DNA of 64,000 nucleotides, from positions 114,948,001 through 115,012,000 of the forward strand of contig NC_042997.1 of NCBI RefSeq assembly GCF_006345805.1, read 5' to 3'. The notes beneath the pieces were generated by a model that worked only from the letters and a program-made list of their open reading frames with translations, did no database searches and was not told the origin of the DNA. The position numbers were made by a program, and so were the translations under genes. Positions 1 through 14,620 of the stretch are shown here, piece by piece. Source of the DNA: Octopus sinensis. Its lineage: Eukaryota. Within the stretch, counting starts at the first letter, position 1. Each line of letters begins with the position of its first letter.

Positions 1-1544
1 CACACACACACACACACATGGCTGTATGATTAAGTGTACTTTGCAACTATATAGTTTCAGATTCAGTCTCACTGTGGAACTTACGGCAAATAGCTTTTAT
101 TACGACCTTGGGTCAGCCTGTACATTCTGAGTGAAATTTTGTAAATGGAAACTGTACAGAAGCTTGTAGTATGTATTTGTGTTTATATTTATATCCTGTA
201 ACTTGCAGATATGCAAGTTATGGGATACAAACATAGGAAGGAAAAATCAATAAGTGCATGATTTAAATATGAACTAGGCTCAATATAATCTAAAGCATTG
301 AAGGAAATTGATTTTATATTGATCATTATCATTTAATGTCTGTTTTCCATGCTGGCATGGGTTGGTTGGTTTGACAGGAGCTAATAAAGCTGGGAGTTGC
401 ACAAGGCTCCATTGTCTATTCTGACATGGTTTTCATGCCTGGGTGCCCTTCCTAACAGCTATCACTTTGCAGAGTCTACTGGATGCTTTCTATGTGGCAC
501 TAGTACCAGTGCTTTTTGACTAATATTGGGACTAAAGACCCTGACAGTATTAAGTCTTTTTGAAGCTACCTAAAATGCCTAAGCATTTTAGAGAATAAGG
601 CAAAAACATCTTCTAGCTCACAAACCTCTGCTCTATCATAAATGCCCATAAATGCTTCTTCATCCTTGATGAGCTATTATTCTATAAAGGTAAAGTGATG
701 GTTTGTATAATTTTTAAATGAATGATCCTAAAATAAATTAACAATTTTTTACCATTTCCAATTTTTGTAGGGTTAATTAGCTTATATATGGGATAAGCTA
801 AAATATTTATCCATATGGTATGTGAAGGTTATGCAAGAGTTGCCACTTAAACATTCAACACTCATCTGTCTTAAGGTGGGCTGCTGGTATATGTGTTTCT
901 ACATTGATGTCATATGTCACAATATGTATTTTTTTTATATATATAACTTTTTTGTTACATTATTTGAAAGACATTAATGTATTAGGAATGTCAATTTTAC
1001 ACATCCACATCCTGGGGCTGAAACCATTTGGAATTTAATATATTTGGTGCTAACGGCTGAGTGCAAACATGTTTTTATTAAAATTGTGAGTCTGACAAGA
1101 TGTTTTGTTGATCTTAGCTTTAATAAAAGTGTGTGTGTGTGTGTATCTGTGTGGACTCCACATGCTACAATACAGACAACTCATCTTGGTAGGCGAGTAA
1201 CACTGTATAAGAACTGCAGAGAACCTTCTGTAATGCTGGTGGTGCAATAAAATGCACCCAGTCCATGCTGTAAGCCATACACAAGAACAATATTGGCTGG
1301 TTTTCTGTGGTGCTTTGTCTGCCAAATGTCAATGACTGCAATCAGTGATGGGATTCTGTGAGATCTGTCCAACCTATACTAGCATGAAAGAAAAGTGTAA
1401 AATATTGATAACAGGTGCAGGTGTGGCTGTGTGGTGAGAAGCTTGCTTCCCTGCCATATGATTCTGGGTTCAGTCTCATTGCATAGCACCTTGGGAAAAT
1501 GTCTTTACTATAGCCTCATGCCAACCAGAGCCTTGTGAGTGAAT

Positions 1545-1576
<32 letters not shown>

Positions 1577-1667
1577 GGGAGAGTTCACGAAAAACACAAA
1601 AGACGAAGACAGGTGGTGTAGAAAACAAACAGATGTATTAGTATAATGCTCAGGAATTGAAAAAGGT

Positions 1668-1703
1668 CATTTACGTTTCAAGCCTACGCTCTTCTACAGA
1701 AAG
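1668..1703 (-). ncRNA. Variant minimal hammerhead-like motif (CUGUAGA core) in a (TA)n-embedded element (~1575-1750)
   Basis: CTTT-CTGTAGA-A-GAGC GTAG GCTT-GAAA-CG-TA-AATG. Confidence 0.5.
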
Positions 1704-2129
1704 GGACACAGAAAGAAACAAGGAGAGAAAAAAAAATGTGTGTAGTGGCTACCGAGTGTTTGTGCTTGTTTTTGTCCCCTACCACCGCTTGACAACTGAT
1801 GTTGGTGTGTTTACGTCCTCTTGGCAATTTGCAAAAGAGACTGATTGATTAAGTACCAGGCTTTAAAGAAAAAGAAAAAAGAAGGTACTGGGGTCAATTT
1901 ATTTGACTAAAAGATTCCTCAAGGTGCTGCCCCAGCATGGCCGCAGTCGAATGACTGAAACAAAGGTTAAAAGATTTTAAAAAAAAGTAAGTGATATGTC
2001 TATAATTTTTGATGCCATTAACCAGTTAAATGCTAAATCAAAATCTCGACTGCAGATAATATCAATGAAATCCAATGCAGCTTGCAGACCATGTATGCAT
2101 ACACGCGCACACATACTTACTCATCCCCT

Positions 2130-2240
2130 CCCCCCAGTTTTTTCTCTTGTCTTTCTATTTCCCTAGTTTTGTTTTTTTTCCCCCCCTACCTTTAATGTTT
2201 TTCTCTCCTTTCTCAATTTTTTCTTTGTCCCTCACCTTTC

Positions 2241-2277
<37 letters not shown>

Positions 2278-2762
2278 GTTCTCTTCTGTCTTTCTCTTTT
2301 CTGTCTCTTTCTTTCCTCCTCTCTCTCCCTCCTTCTATCCTTTCCCTTTCCATCTTTACTTTTTCTCTTATTTTCCTCTTTAATTTCTCTGTCTCTTCTA
2401 TCTCTTTTCTTGTTTCTCTCCCTCCCTCTTTATTTTCCTCTTGTCTTTTCTCTCTTCATCCCTTTCTGTTATTTTCTCTTTCTCTGTCCTTGTTCTCTTC
2501 TGCCTTTCTCATTTCTGTTTCTTTCTTTCCTTTTCTCTCCCCCTCCATCTTTTCTCTTTCCATCTCTACTTTTTTCCCTTATTTTCCCCCTTTTCTGTAA
2601 TTTCTGTCTCCCCTTCTTCTATCTCTCCCTCCTTCTATCTTTATCTCTCTCTTCTCTTTTCTCTCTTCATCCCTTTCTGTCATTTTCTTTTTCTTCCTTC
2701 CTCTCTCTCATTCCTTTTTTTTTTCATCCATTTCTATAGACATTGTGTCTTTTCTCTTTCCA
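2130..2762. repeat. Low-complexity polypyrimidine (CT-rich) tract with internal duplication
   Basis: (CT)n plus repeated blocks such as CTTTTCTCTCTTCATCCCTTTCTGT. Confidence 0.9.
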
Positions 2763-5700
2763 ATATAAATACTTAACCATAAAACTATAAATAGCCACAG
2801 AAATCTGCTTGCTGCCTCAGTTAATTTGATTGACAATAGGTTCCAAATTGTCTTAGTTGAATGGTTACTGGTAGGAAAAGCCATCTAGGTGTGAAAACAG
2901 TCTCTCGAACAATAAGCAAATTTCCATATTCTTAAAACTATCCCACCTTGAATGGGAGGAAAAAAATGAATAAATAAATATGAATAAATGTACAAAAAGG
3001 AAACAAGATACAATCAAAATTTTTATTAGAGAGTTTATCTGTGATTAAGACTGCTTACCAACCATATGGTTCCATGTTCAGTCCCACTATGTGGCACCTT
3101 GGGCAAGTGTCTTCTACTATAGCTTCAGGCCGACTAAAGCTTTGTGAGTGGATTTGGTAGACGGAAACTGAAAGAAGCCTGTGTGTGTGTCTTTTTACCT
3201 TTTTACTTGTTTGTCATTAGACTGTGGCCATGCTGGGGCACCACCTTGGGGGATCTTTAGTCAAATGAATCAATCCTAGTATCTATTTATTATGTTTTTT
3301 TAAGTTTGGTACTTATTGGTCTTTTTTGCTGAACTGCTAAGTTATGGGGATGTAAACACTCCAACACTGGTTGTCAAGCAGTGTTGTGTGACAAACACAG
3401 GCACACACACACGATGGGCTTCAATCAGTTTCCATCTACCAAATCCACTGACAAAGCTTTGGTTGGCCTGAGACTATTGTAGAAGCCACTTGACCATGAT
3501 GCTGTATGACTGAACCCAAAACCATGTGTTGGTAAGCAAGCTTCTTACCTCAGACTGTGGATCTTGAAGCAGATAAAGCTACAAGTAATAGCATGTAAAT
3601 GGGTTAAGACCATACTGAGTTTCTTTTGAGTGTTGGGCCTCACAGAGGCAATGACCGAGACCTTTGGCATTATGTCGTGCTTGAGAAGACCCATCAAGCC
3701 AAGTAAAATCGCAGACATGGCAGATACTGGTGTTACACAAATTGGCACGTAAAAGCACCCATTATACTCTTGGAGTGGTTAATGTTAGGAAGGGCATCCT
3801 GCTGTAGAAATCACGCCAAATAAGACTGGAATCTGGTGCAGCTTTCTAGTGTGCCAGCCCAGTCAAACCAACCAACCCATGCTAGCATGGATAATGAACG
3901 TTAAATGGTGATGATATGCAAATATGTGTATGTCTGTGTCTCTTTGTTGTGGCATTGCATGAGTGTCACTACCATACTAGCAGTGTAATTCATTTCTGAG
4001 TTCTTTTTGAGCTTTGGGCTTCATGGGGGCAAAGTGGCTGAGCTCCCTTCGAGTGTTGGGCCTCATGGAGGCAATGACCAAGACCTTTGGCATTATGTCA
4101 TGCTTAAGAAGAAGACCCATTGAGCTGAGCAAAATTACAGTTGTGGCAGATATCAGTGTCACACAAATGGCACTCATGCTGGTGGCACGTAAAAGCACCC
4201 ATTACAGAGTGGTTGGCGTTAGGAAGGACATCCAGCCATAGAAAACCATGCCAAATCTGACTGGATCCTGGCACAGCCTTCCAGCATGCCAGCCTAGTCA
4301 AATCATCCAACCCATGCTGGCATGGACAATGGACATTAAAAGATGATGATGTGAGAAAATGTTTGGGTATGAGGAAATATTAACTTGCTTGGAAACCAGG
4401 AAGGGCTTCTGGTCGTAGAAAATCTGCCTAAATGAATTCTTTCTGACCCATGTAAGCATGGAAAAGTGGACATTAAAGGATGATAATGGTGAGTCTGGGT
4501 GACCATAATATTTACCCTGCTTGATTTTTGGGGTTCCATCTGATTGTAACTTCTTGGCAGGCTTTTGATGACCTTTGTCAGAAGTCACTTGGTATACTTT
4601 CCTCCTGAATGTCTTCTTTGCTGCAGCTGGGCTCGCTTTGAGGGAAACTTGGCTGCTATATCTGGCTGTTGAAGAACCATGTAGAGACTCTCTGGTTGGC
4701 TATAAGGGATTTATACATAACTTTGGAGTAAAACAGCTGAAATATAGACAGGGTATAGAAAGATCTTGAATGAAGCTTTCATCAGATATTGCCAGTTAAT
4801 ATCAATAATTTACCCTATAAATATCTGTCTTTATCTTGCTTGATTTAGAGATATCCAGTTAATGGTTTATGATCTATTTATTGGGAAAGAAGATTGATTT
4901 TCAAATATCAGATAGTGTCCTTGCTTATTGAACAGTTTCATGTTTAGTTTAAACATTATACATATCTTTGTATCAACACCCATTACATGATGCTTAGCTC
5001 TCCCCCCACCTCTCTCTCGTATCTTTTTGCATGTATTAGTATATTGTATTTGTTTAACATCTGCTTCTCCATACTTCCATATATTAAACAGTTATTTGAG
5101 TCAGGGTTTTATAGCTTGGTGCTCTGCCTGCTGCCAAATATTTAATCACCATCATCATCATTGTAGATGCAGTATGACTAAATGGTTACGAATTACACTT
5201 TGCAACCACAATGTCCCTGGTTCAATCCCACTGCATGGCATCTTGGCCAAATGTCGTTTTCTACAGTCTTGAGTTGACCCACATCCTATGAATGAAACTG
5301 GGTAGACGGAAACTGTAAAGAATCTCATAAGATTGATTGTACTTAGAATTCAAAAGGTGCCTGGCTGATTCTACCTGAAAATTACATCCAGGTTATATGT
5401 GTCTGTGGAATACTCTGCCTGTTACAAGCTAATTCAGAAGCAGGTAACTTAGTTGATCAAACAACTGAATCCTTTGTTAAATGATGGAGACCCATTTGTG
5501 TCATCATCATTGTTCTGTTTGCCCTTCCATGTTGACATGGGTCAGATGGGTCATGACTGATTGAGTTGCATTTTATTCAGAGTTCCTGTTCTGGAGAGGT
5601 CAGAGGTCAGCATTTCACTTGTATGTTTCATTTTGACTTACTTTCTATGGTTGGATGCCCTTCCTAATAATTAACCCTCAACAGATTTTGGACAGAGTGT

Positions 5701-6564
5701 CTTCATCATCATCATTAGATGTCATCTACTCCTAGTGTCTGCCACAGCTGCGATTTTGCTCAGCTTGATGGGTCTTCTTTTCTAATACGGTATAATGCTA
5801 AAGGTCTTGGCCATTGCCTCCACTAGGCCTAACACTTGAAAGGAACTCAGCCACTTTGCCTCCGTGAGGCCCAATGCTTATCATCACTTAAAATCTGTTG
5901 ACATGGGTTGGACAGTTTGACAGGAACTGACAACCAGGGGATTAGATCAAACCTCTGTGCCTGCTTTACTGTGTGTAAAGGTTGTTTTTTTTTCTCTACT
6001 GGTACACTCTGTAATGTGGTTGGTATTAGGAAGGGATCCAGCTGTAGAGAGCATATCAAAATAGACAATTGGAGCCTAGTGCAACTCTCCAGCTTGCCAG
6101 CTCCTGTTAAACTGCCTGGCTTATGCCAACATGGAATGGGGAAGAAGGTGGGGAAAAAGTAAAAATGAGGGAGTGGATAGTTCTTCCCAATATTTTCTAT
6201 ATTCAACAACCTCTTGTAGCATTTTCAGTCTTTATTCTCAGTCCATTGCATTGGAGTTTTTTCATGATTTGGGCCTTTTTTCTTTCCATTTTTGTTTTGT
6301 TGCCTGAATGTCCTTCTTGTTACCAACTACTTTAAGGTTTCGAGCTGAGTGTACAAGCGTAAATATATAGTCCAGTAGTAAATAAATAAATAAATTTAAA
6401 ATTGTGCCCTATATAGCCTCACAATTATAAATACTACTCTCATAAATATGGGGGTAATAAATTAAAAAGTCTAAGACTACTAACCCTTTTCCAGGATGTA
6501 CTTAAGTACATTTTATCAAGGTTCCAGCATTAAAGGTTATTAATGTCCTCTGAAAGATGTATCA

Positions 6565-7050
6565 TCATAATCATCCACTTTCCATGCTGGCATGGGTTGG
6601 ACAGTTCAACTGGAGTCTGGAAACCCAGGAGGCTGCACCAGGCACCAGTCTGATCTGGCAATTTTTCTACAGCTGGATGCCCTTCCTAACGCCAACCACT
6701 CCGAGAGTGTAGTAGGTGCTTTTTATGTGCTACTGGCACAGGAGCTAGTCAGGCGGGCCTGGCATCAGTCACTTTTGGATGGTGCTTTTTACATGCCACC
6801 GACACAGGAGCCAGTCAAGGCAGTGCTGGCATTGGCCACGTTTGGATAGTGCTTTTTATATGCCACCGGCACAGAAGCCAGTTAGGGTGGTGCTAGCATC
6901 AGCCACGTTCAGATGGTGCCTTTTACATGCTGCCAGCCCGGGCGAGGGGGCTGGCATTGACCATGTTCGGATGGTACTTTTTACATGCCACCGGCACGGA
7001 CCACAACTACAATTTCCATTTGATTGTGATTTGATTTCATTTTGATGTTG
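6565..7050 (-). repeat. RTE 3'UTR-only fragment with ~5 internal hairpin units. Represents many similar copies (e.g. ~28060-28400, 43225-43660, 44895-45430, 57795-58410, 59495-59815)
   Basis: Shares the CCATGCTGGCATGGGTTGGA...CTGGATGCCCTTCCTAACGCCAACCAC block and GGTGCTTTTTAYRTGCCAC units with the 3'UTR at 62531-63061. Confidence 0.85.
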
Positions 7051-9057
7051 ATGTATAGTCTTCTATTGTAAGCATGGCCACTGTCCAATGACTGAAATAA
7101 TATATTATAAGCAACATAAAGTGACACCAGTAACACGTTCTTTGTGTTATTATTTTATCACAAACAAAAGTAAATGTTAAAATCAAATAGCGATGATTGT
7201 TTTTCTAGAATAATCTTATTTTCATTTATTTATGTTCAAATTAACTTTTTTTTTTATTATATATTTGTTGCTGTTGAGAAACATTCAACTGGCAAATTAA
7301 AGATTTAATGAATTCCAGCTGTGGCCATCCGATTTAAAAAAAAAAAAATTTATTTGGACACAACCAACATCAAGGGCTGCAATATTCAATGTGTCCTTCC
7401 AGCTGGGTGTGATATGAGTGAAATTTGGCTGCTATTTTTAATAGATTGTGCAACCACAAAGGGTACTTTGCTGATCGTTTTGTTTCCTTTTTAATTGCCA
7501 TCCTTGCTGTCAAGTAATGTCATTGTTTTAGCTCTCTTAATGTTTAATTACATGTAATTAAGACAAATTTTACAATAACTAGGAAGTTATTTCCTCATTG
7601 TTGTTAAATTGCATGTGCACGCACACAAACACACACACACACACACGTGTGTGTGTGTTAGCTGGTTGGTTATTGCCATTCTCAGTTGGTGAGATTTATG
7701 TACATTATGTTGTGTGTGAACATGTGTGGCCTAGCTTTATCTTTTACTTGTTTTGTCCATTGGACTGTGGCCATGCTGGGGCACCACCTTGAAGTATTTT
7801 AGCGAAATAAATTGATCCTAGTACTAAGATTTTTTTAAAACCTGATACTTGACTCATTTCTCTCTCCCTTTTGCCAAACAGCTAAGTTACAGGGACATAA
7901 ACACACCTACACCAGTTATCAAGTGATGGTGACACACACACAGAGGTTGATGTTGATATATATCTATATGACAGGCTTCTTTCAGTTTCAGTCTACCAAA
8001 TCCACTTGCAAGACTTTGGTCAGTCTGGGGCTATAGTAGAAGACACTTGTCCAAGGTGGGACTGAACCAAGAGCCATGCGATTGGGAAGCAAACTTATCA
8101 CCACACAGCCACACGTGTGTGCCTTATTAATCACAAGCATTAAGATTCTTAGTTTATTGGTGCTCACTTATAAAACTCATTTAAGTCATTGACTGTCAAG
8201 AATTGCAACTATCTGTTTGAGACTCCTGGTTATAACAAACTGCCTTAGTAAATAAAATAAAGTAAATTTTGGCTGCAAAACAGCTAAAACAAAGCAAAAC
8301 TAAACAAAAGAAGGAAAGTTCGTTCTCTCAAATTCCAATTGGAACTTAAATAGAAATTATAAACATTTGTTTTTGTTACAAGAATTACAATTAGTAATCC
8401 AGGCACACATGCCCTAAACCGTCTCTTCTTTTCTCTCTCTCGGTGCTTGTTAACTGATTTGCGTTGGCTTGCAATGACTCTAAACTTTGCTACTCGAGAA
8501 TTGTACAACAATGAAGACATTTATTGATTGGTTAAAAAGAATGAATCTAAGAAGAAGCTTTTGTTTCAACCTAGTTTCTGACCTGTCTACTTAACAGCCA
8601 TTTTTATCAACAAGATAAAGAATTTGTAACAAACCAGAAAAATAATTTTCAATTTTAGGAACGCTGAAATACTTGACTGGAATTACAGAAATAGAATTGT
8701 TTAGAATTAACTTAGTAATTCCATTATTTGTCCCCATATTTCTGTTGAAATATACTGACTTTGTTTCAGTTAATTTTTAAAATTCTGAAAAATTTAGTAA
8801 ACTTTGTCATTATTAAGCTGATGTTTGGGATGTAGACTAACTTGCAATTTTGGTGGAAAGTCTTAATTTTGATTATTTTAACCCTCTCAGACTTGGTGCC
8901 CCCCTGTGTCTAACTTTACCCTCACAGACCTGGGTTCCTGAGCAAAAAAAAATTAATATTTGCATATACAGCTCAAGAATAGCAATTGCAGGCAGACTAA
9001 TGGACAGAATCCCCCCCAAAAATTCAGGAAAATGACAATAATAGGCTTATCTCTTAA

Positions 9058-9278
9058 CCCTTTCGTTACTGTTTTTATTTTGAGATGCTCTGTGTTTCTT
9101 TCAATTACTTTAAATATAACAAAGAATTTAGCAAAATAACTTCGTTATCATTCAGCTAGTGTTAGGAACATAAATTGTGACTAAGGTTTGGTGGAAGATT
9201 TTAATTCAAAACTTATGAAAACAAGACATTTGTACCACAGAGCCAGAAGGGGTTTCAACTGGGTTGGTAATGAAAGGG
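9058..9278. mobile_element. piggyBac-type MITE (~220 bp)
   Basis: TTAA|CCCTTTCGTTAC...GTAATGAAAGGG|TTAA. Confidence 0.88.
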
Positions 9279-9588
9279 TTAATGACCATGTCCGTTTAAC
9301 TGAATTGCTACTTTCTTCATCACTTTCACCAGTTTCATTTTGTGAGTGTAAACTTTTCCTAAAGCATATCATCAATAATTTCCTCAACTGCGAAGAGCCT
9401 AAACCTTGCTTGTTTACAAGATGAAGTTCTTGGTTCATCACATGTTCCTTTCATTGCAAACTCAACCATAGAACCAGGTGTAGTCCTAGTAACAAAAGGA
9501 TCAGAATTGTATTGTAAGTTACTAGGAATATACCAGTTGTAAAACTTGATTATATAAAAGTGTTAACCCACATTTTTTTCCCTTTATA

Positions 9589-9626
<38 letters not shown>

Positions 9627-10429
9627 AATGAATTTAACTGTATTTCATTCACAGGGTGTTAAGTTTTACTACAAATACTTTTTGTTCATTTTCTTTTATA
9701 TAAAAATCTCCCAATTTTCTGTCAAATGTCTTGTCCCCACCCCACTCTGTGAAGCTAATATATCAAAAGAACAAAGACATTATTTTTGTTTTTCTAGTTA
9801 TTGAATTTTAGACATTCTGATATTTCTCTTCATATCTTCCACAGAAACCTAGTTATGAGGTTGGTTGGTTGGTATATATAGAATGTATTCATGACTTGGG
9901 TTTTCAAAAATTTGTTGCCATTGTGGATATCATGGCTCTGGGTGTGACATGTTATACTTTGCTTGGCTAATTTTATAGAGAAACTGTCCTACTTCTCACT
10001 TTTGAAGTGAAATAGTTGCTTCAACACTGTTGCAAAATACTCCAAACCCATCATGGCTGTACAATTGACTAGTGATAGAAACCATTCTAAGGCAGACAGT
10101 GGAGCAAGGTGTAGTTCTGTGGTTCACCAACCCCTATTGAAGGCAGCGAGCTGGCAGAAATGTTAGCACGCCGGGCGAAATGCTTTTCTGAGTTCAAAAT
10201 CACCAAAGTTGACTTTGCCTTTCATCCTTCCAGGGTCGATAAATTAAGTACCAGTTGCACACTGGGGTCAATCTAATCGACTGGTCCCCTCCCCAAACAT
10301 TTCGGGCCTTGTGCCTAGAGTAGAAAAGAACTGTTGAATTATCCAACCCATGCCAGCATGGAAATCAGTTTGATGATTGTGGTGATGATGTATCTACCTA
10401 CCTACCTACCTTTCATGCCACACTCCAAG

Positions 10430-10791
10430 CAGGCACATGCCATCAGTAATTACTCAGGGTAGGCAGTTGGTGATGTTTGTGTAGTAAAACACACAAAACA
10501 GTAAGTAAAATGCAGGCATGTGACTGAGTTGTAGACAGATTTACTTCTGCCTTTATAGCGCATAAAGAAAACGCTGTAGGAATGTACACAGCACACTGTA
10601 CTACACCATTACTATGCCTAGCTTTAATACTGAGATTGAAGAGCAGGGACGAATTATACCTACTTAATCTGTAAAGAAATAAAATATTTTGTATTTTATG
10701 CAGAGTAACCTTCATAATTTTATTGAATTAGGTGCATATTTTATTTGGGGTAGGCACTGCCTACCTTGCCTACCCAGGTGGCATGTCTCTG
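10430..10791. mobile_element. Old hAT-like MITE
   Basis: CAGGCACATGCCA...GGTAGGCAG vs CTGCCTACC...TGGCATGTCTCTG. The 8-bp flanks ACTCCAAG/AATTGAAG match at 5 of 8. Confidence 0.5.
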
Positions 10792-11996
10792 AATTGAAGG
10801 CATTCAATTTACAATAATGAAATCAGAGGAAATGTAATAGCGACTCAACACTTATAACATGTTTATTATTTGTAACACTGGTAAATATTTAAAAATTGTG
10901 GGATATGTATGTTTTTCATTCATTTAAGCTTTTGCAGATTGTTGGATTGTGACCATGCAGGGGCAGCACATTGATCCCATTAATTGCTTTTGTAGCTGAT
11001 GCCATTGGCACCTGTGCTGGTAGCATGTAAAAAGCACCATTTGAGCATGGCTAATGCCAGTGTTGCCTGACTGGCTCCTGTGCCAGTGGCACATAAAAAG
11101 CACTGACTACACTCTTGGAGCCTGTTGCAGCCTCCCAGCTTACTATTTCTCGGTCAAACCATCCAACCCATGCCAGGGAAAGCGGACATTAAACAACGAT
11201 GAATGTGTGTTTGTTAAACCACTATGTTATGGTACATCAACAACATCACTGGTTTTAAGTGGCATAACCATAAACACAGATTCACCTGGATCTCTCTCTC
11301 ACACACACACACAATGGACTTCCATAGTATTTCTTTCTAACAAATTTCACTTTGGACATTAGCCATCTCGGTATTATAGAAGACAACAGTTGTCCAAGGT
11401 GCTATATAGTGGGGAGAATCCAGAATGGCAGAGTTAGAAAGCAAATTGCTTAACCATACAGCTATATCTGTACCTATATTACTAATATTTTTATTTAGAA
11501 TCAACAGCTCAATGGAGCTGCTATTATATTTCATACACTGAGAATGTGAGTTCAAGTCTAGTCATGAACTTTTCTCTGATGTGTAAAAAGTAAAGTCTTA
11601 GCATGCTGAAATGTTGTATATTAAGATTTGTGAAAGCTTTGGCCATGTAGTTGCAGAAAATTATAGCTTATGTCTTTGGTTTTATTCCCTAGATTATTTC
11701 TTGATATAAATAACTTACTCTGAAGATGGAAGACGTGTTGAGTGTATAACAAGGAAGATTGCTTTCAGAAATGTTATCTCCCTAAGACTGCACATTCAGT
11801 TCTTCTTATATGGATTTTTATGCCATCTAAAGAATCTACCATTTCAAAAGAAATGATATATTTCTTGGTCCTCTGTTAACTTCCAACTACCATACTGTTT
11901 TCAAAATAATCCTGGAATTTCTATAGGATTGCTTGGTGTTGTTTGTTCCTTCTCAAGCCATGCATGGTTCATAAGGGCTGGTTTCATTGGCATATA

Positions 11997-12404
11997 TATT
12001 TCTTTATTGCCCACAGGGGCTAATCACAGAGGGGACAAACAAAGGGATTAAGTTGATTACATCGATCTCAGTGCATAACTGGTACTTATTTAATTGACCC
12101 TGAAAAGATGAAAGGCAAAGTCGGCCTCGGCGGAATTTGAACTCAGAGTGTAACGGCAGACAAAATACCTATTTCTTTACTGCCCACAAGGGGCTACACA
12201 CAGAGGGGACAAACAAGGACAGACAAACGGATTAAGTCGATTATATCGACCCCAGTGCGTAATTGGTACTTAGTTAATTGACCCCGAAAGGATGAAAGGC
12301 AAAGTTGACCTCAGCGGAATTTGAACTCAGAATGTAGCAGCAGACGAAATACCGCTAAGCATTTTGCCCGGCGTGCTAACATTTCTGCCAGCTCGCCACC
12401 TTTT
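11997..12404 (-). mobile_element. Dimeric family-B SINE nested in a family-C SINE (~11945-12643)
   Basis: One head and two bodies/tails. TSD ATTGGCATATA at 11986-11996 and 12405-12415. Confidence 0.85.
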
Positions 12405-14109
12405 ATTGGCATATAGGTTCCCCACCTGGATGGGACACCGGTCCATCGCAGGTGAGCTGCTAGATGCAGGGGGAAAGAGTGAAAGAAAGTTGTGGCAAAA
12501 GAGTCAGCAGAAGTTGGCCATTACCTTCTGCCGGAGCCAGGAGGATCTTAGGTGTTTCACTTGTAAACACACGCATTGCTCGGTCTGAGATTCGAACCCA
12601 ACCGTGAGTCCGCTGCTTTAACCACTAGGCCACATGCCTCCACTGGGATTGCTAGTAATGTATGTTATCAGTAACTTCCAAGGAAAGGTGACAATGGTTA
12701 TGGATCATTGCAGGTCCTTCTTGTGGGGTTCAATACTGTTGATGTTTCACCACGAGTTTCAGTATTTGTAATGAAAATATGAATAGGGGAGAAGGAAACT
12801 TTATCAAGACTATACTCAATCCCTGGACATTACTGTCCCAAGTCCTACAATTTGTAGGGCTGGCTACCCAGTTTCCTTGTATTTTTTAAGTGATTGAAAT
12901 AACACCATTCTCCCTGAATGGGATGCCAGTCTGTTGCAGGGTTTACTCACTTGCAGCCGAGTGGACTGGGGCAATGTAAAGTATAGTGTTTTTGCTCAAG
13001 ACCACAATGCATCAGTCAGTCTGGGAATTGAAACTACAATCTTGCAGTCATGAGTGCAACACCCTAACCACTAGGCTAAGCCTTCGCAAAATGGTTTTGA
13101 GGAGAATGTTTTGTTCTGGGTCTTGGAGGTAATGTCTATGGGAAAGGGACAGGCTGAAGCATCATTTGGATCACAGCCTACTAAACAGAGCAGGAACCAT
13201 TGATGTACTTTCTAGAAGAAAGAAATGGTGAGAGGAGGAGGAGAATATAGTAAGATAGTGGTTGTAGTTTGTTTAGTAAAGGTTTGTGAGAATCAGTCTG
13301 TTGACCTTTTTTTATATTATTTATTTTAGTGTTGTCTAGAATGTGTGTGTGTGTGCGTGTGTGTGGCAACTACATTATCCTAAACTTATGAGCTGTGTTC
13401 AGACATGTTGGTATATGTTTATTTTGTAAACAATCAACAACTGTGCAGAGCTGAAGTATTTTCTGGTCCTACTGAAGGAAGCTTGGATGTTGGGGTGCAA
13501 TCTGTGATATATTTTAGATGCATGGTTCGCCTTGAAAGGTCATCAAGGTTCATGAAGTCTGGCTAAATTTTATTTTATTTATTTATTTATTTATTGGTTT
13601 GCATTTTATAAATAAGACAGGTCATTATCGTTATTCTCTATTTTTGCTATATGTTATAGTGCTTATGACTTGGTTATCATCATCATCTTTGTTTTAACAC
13701 CCAATTTTCAATGTTTGCATGTGTTGGATGGAGTTTATCGAGGTAGACTTTCTTTGGCTGGATGACCTTACTGTCACCAACCCTCGCCTGTTTCCTAGTA
13801 AGGTAATATCTCCCTGTGGCCAAACATATTTTTGAAAACCACTAGAAATGACTGACACTGCTCGATCGTGGCACTCATTCACAACTATTATGCATTATAA
13901 TTATTAAGACACACACACACACAATGATTTTCTTTGTTTCCACCTACCAAATCCACTCACAAGGCTTTGGTCAGTCCATCGTGCCATGTAGTGGAACTGA
14001 TTCCAAAACTATATTGTTGAGAAACAAACCTCTTAACAGCACTGCTTCACTTACATCTATCATCATCATCAACATCATTATTTACTGTCTATTTTCCATG
14101 CTGAGTGCT

Positions 14110-14620
14110 ACCTGACTGGCTCCCCAGGCCAGTGGCACCGACGATTGAAGGGTACTCATAAATGGGCTGGTTATGCAACACTGGCATAGGCCATGGCTAT
14201 GATCTCATTTAGCTTTCTGGGTCTTCTCAAGTACAGTATATCTCCAAAAGTCTTTGTCATTTGCCATTACCTCTGTGAAGTCCAATGTTTGAAGGTTGTG
14301 CTTCACCACCTCATCCCAGGTCTTCCTGGGTCTACCTCTTCCACAGCTTCCCTCCACTGTTAGGGTGTGACACTTCTTCACACAGCTGTCTTCATCTGTA
14401 TGCAACACAAATGTCCATACCAGCACAGTTGTCTCTCTTGCACACCACATCTGATGCTTCTTATGTCCAGTTTTTCTCTCAGGGCACTTACTCTGTCGTA
14501 TATGCACACTGACATTACACATCCAGCAATGCATACTAGCTTCATTTTTTTCAAGCCTACGCATGTCCTCTGCAGTCACAGTTCATATTTCACTGCTGTG
14601 TAGCATGGCTGTTCACACAC
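14110..14620 (-). mobile_element. RTE LINE fragment, same family as 61790-63061
   Basis: ORF 14205-14579 contains MTAEDMRRL...GRGRPRKTWDEVVKH, nearly identical to the 62 kb copy. Confidence 0.88.

Noticed and set aside
2075-2776. Hydrophobic F/L/S-rich ORFs that look like membrane proteins
   Set aside because: Translation of a polypyrimidine tract.
6715-7000. Palindromic repeat with spacers, resembling a CRISPR array
   Set aside because: The spacers are homologous to each other, there are no cas genes, and the array is part of an RTE LINE 3'UTR.
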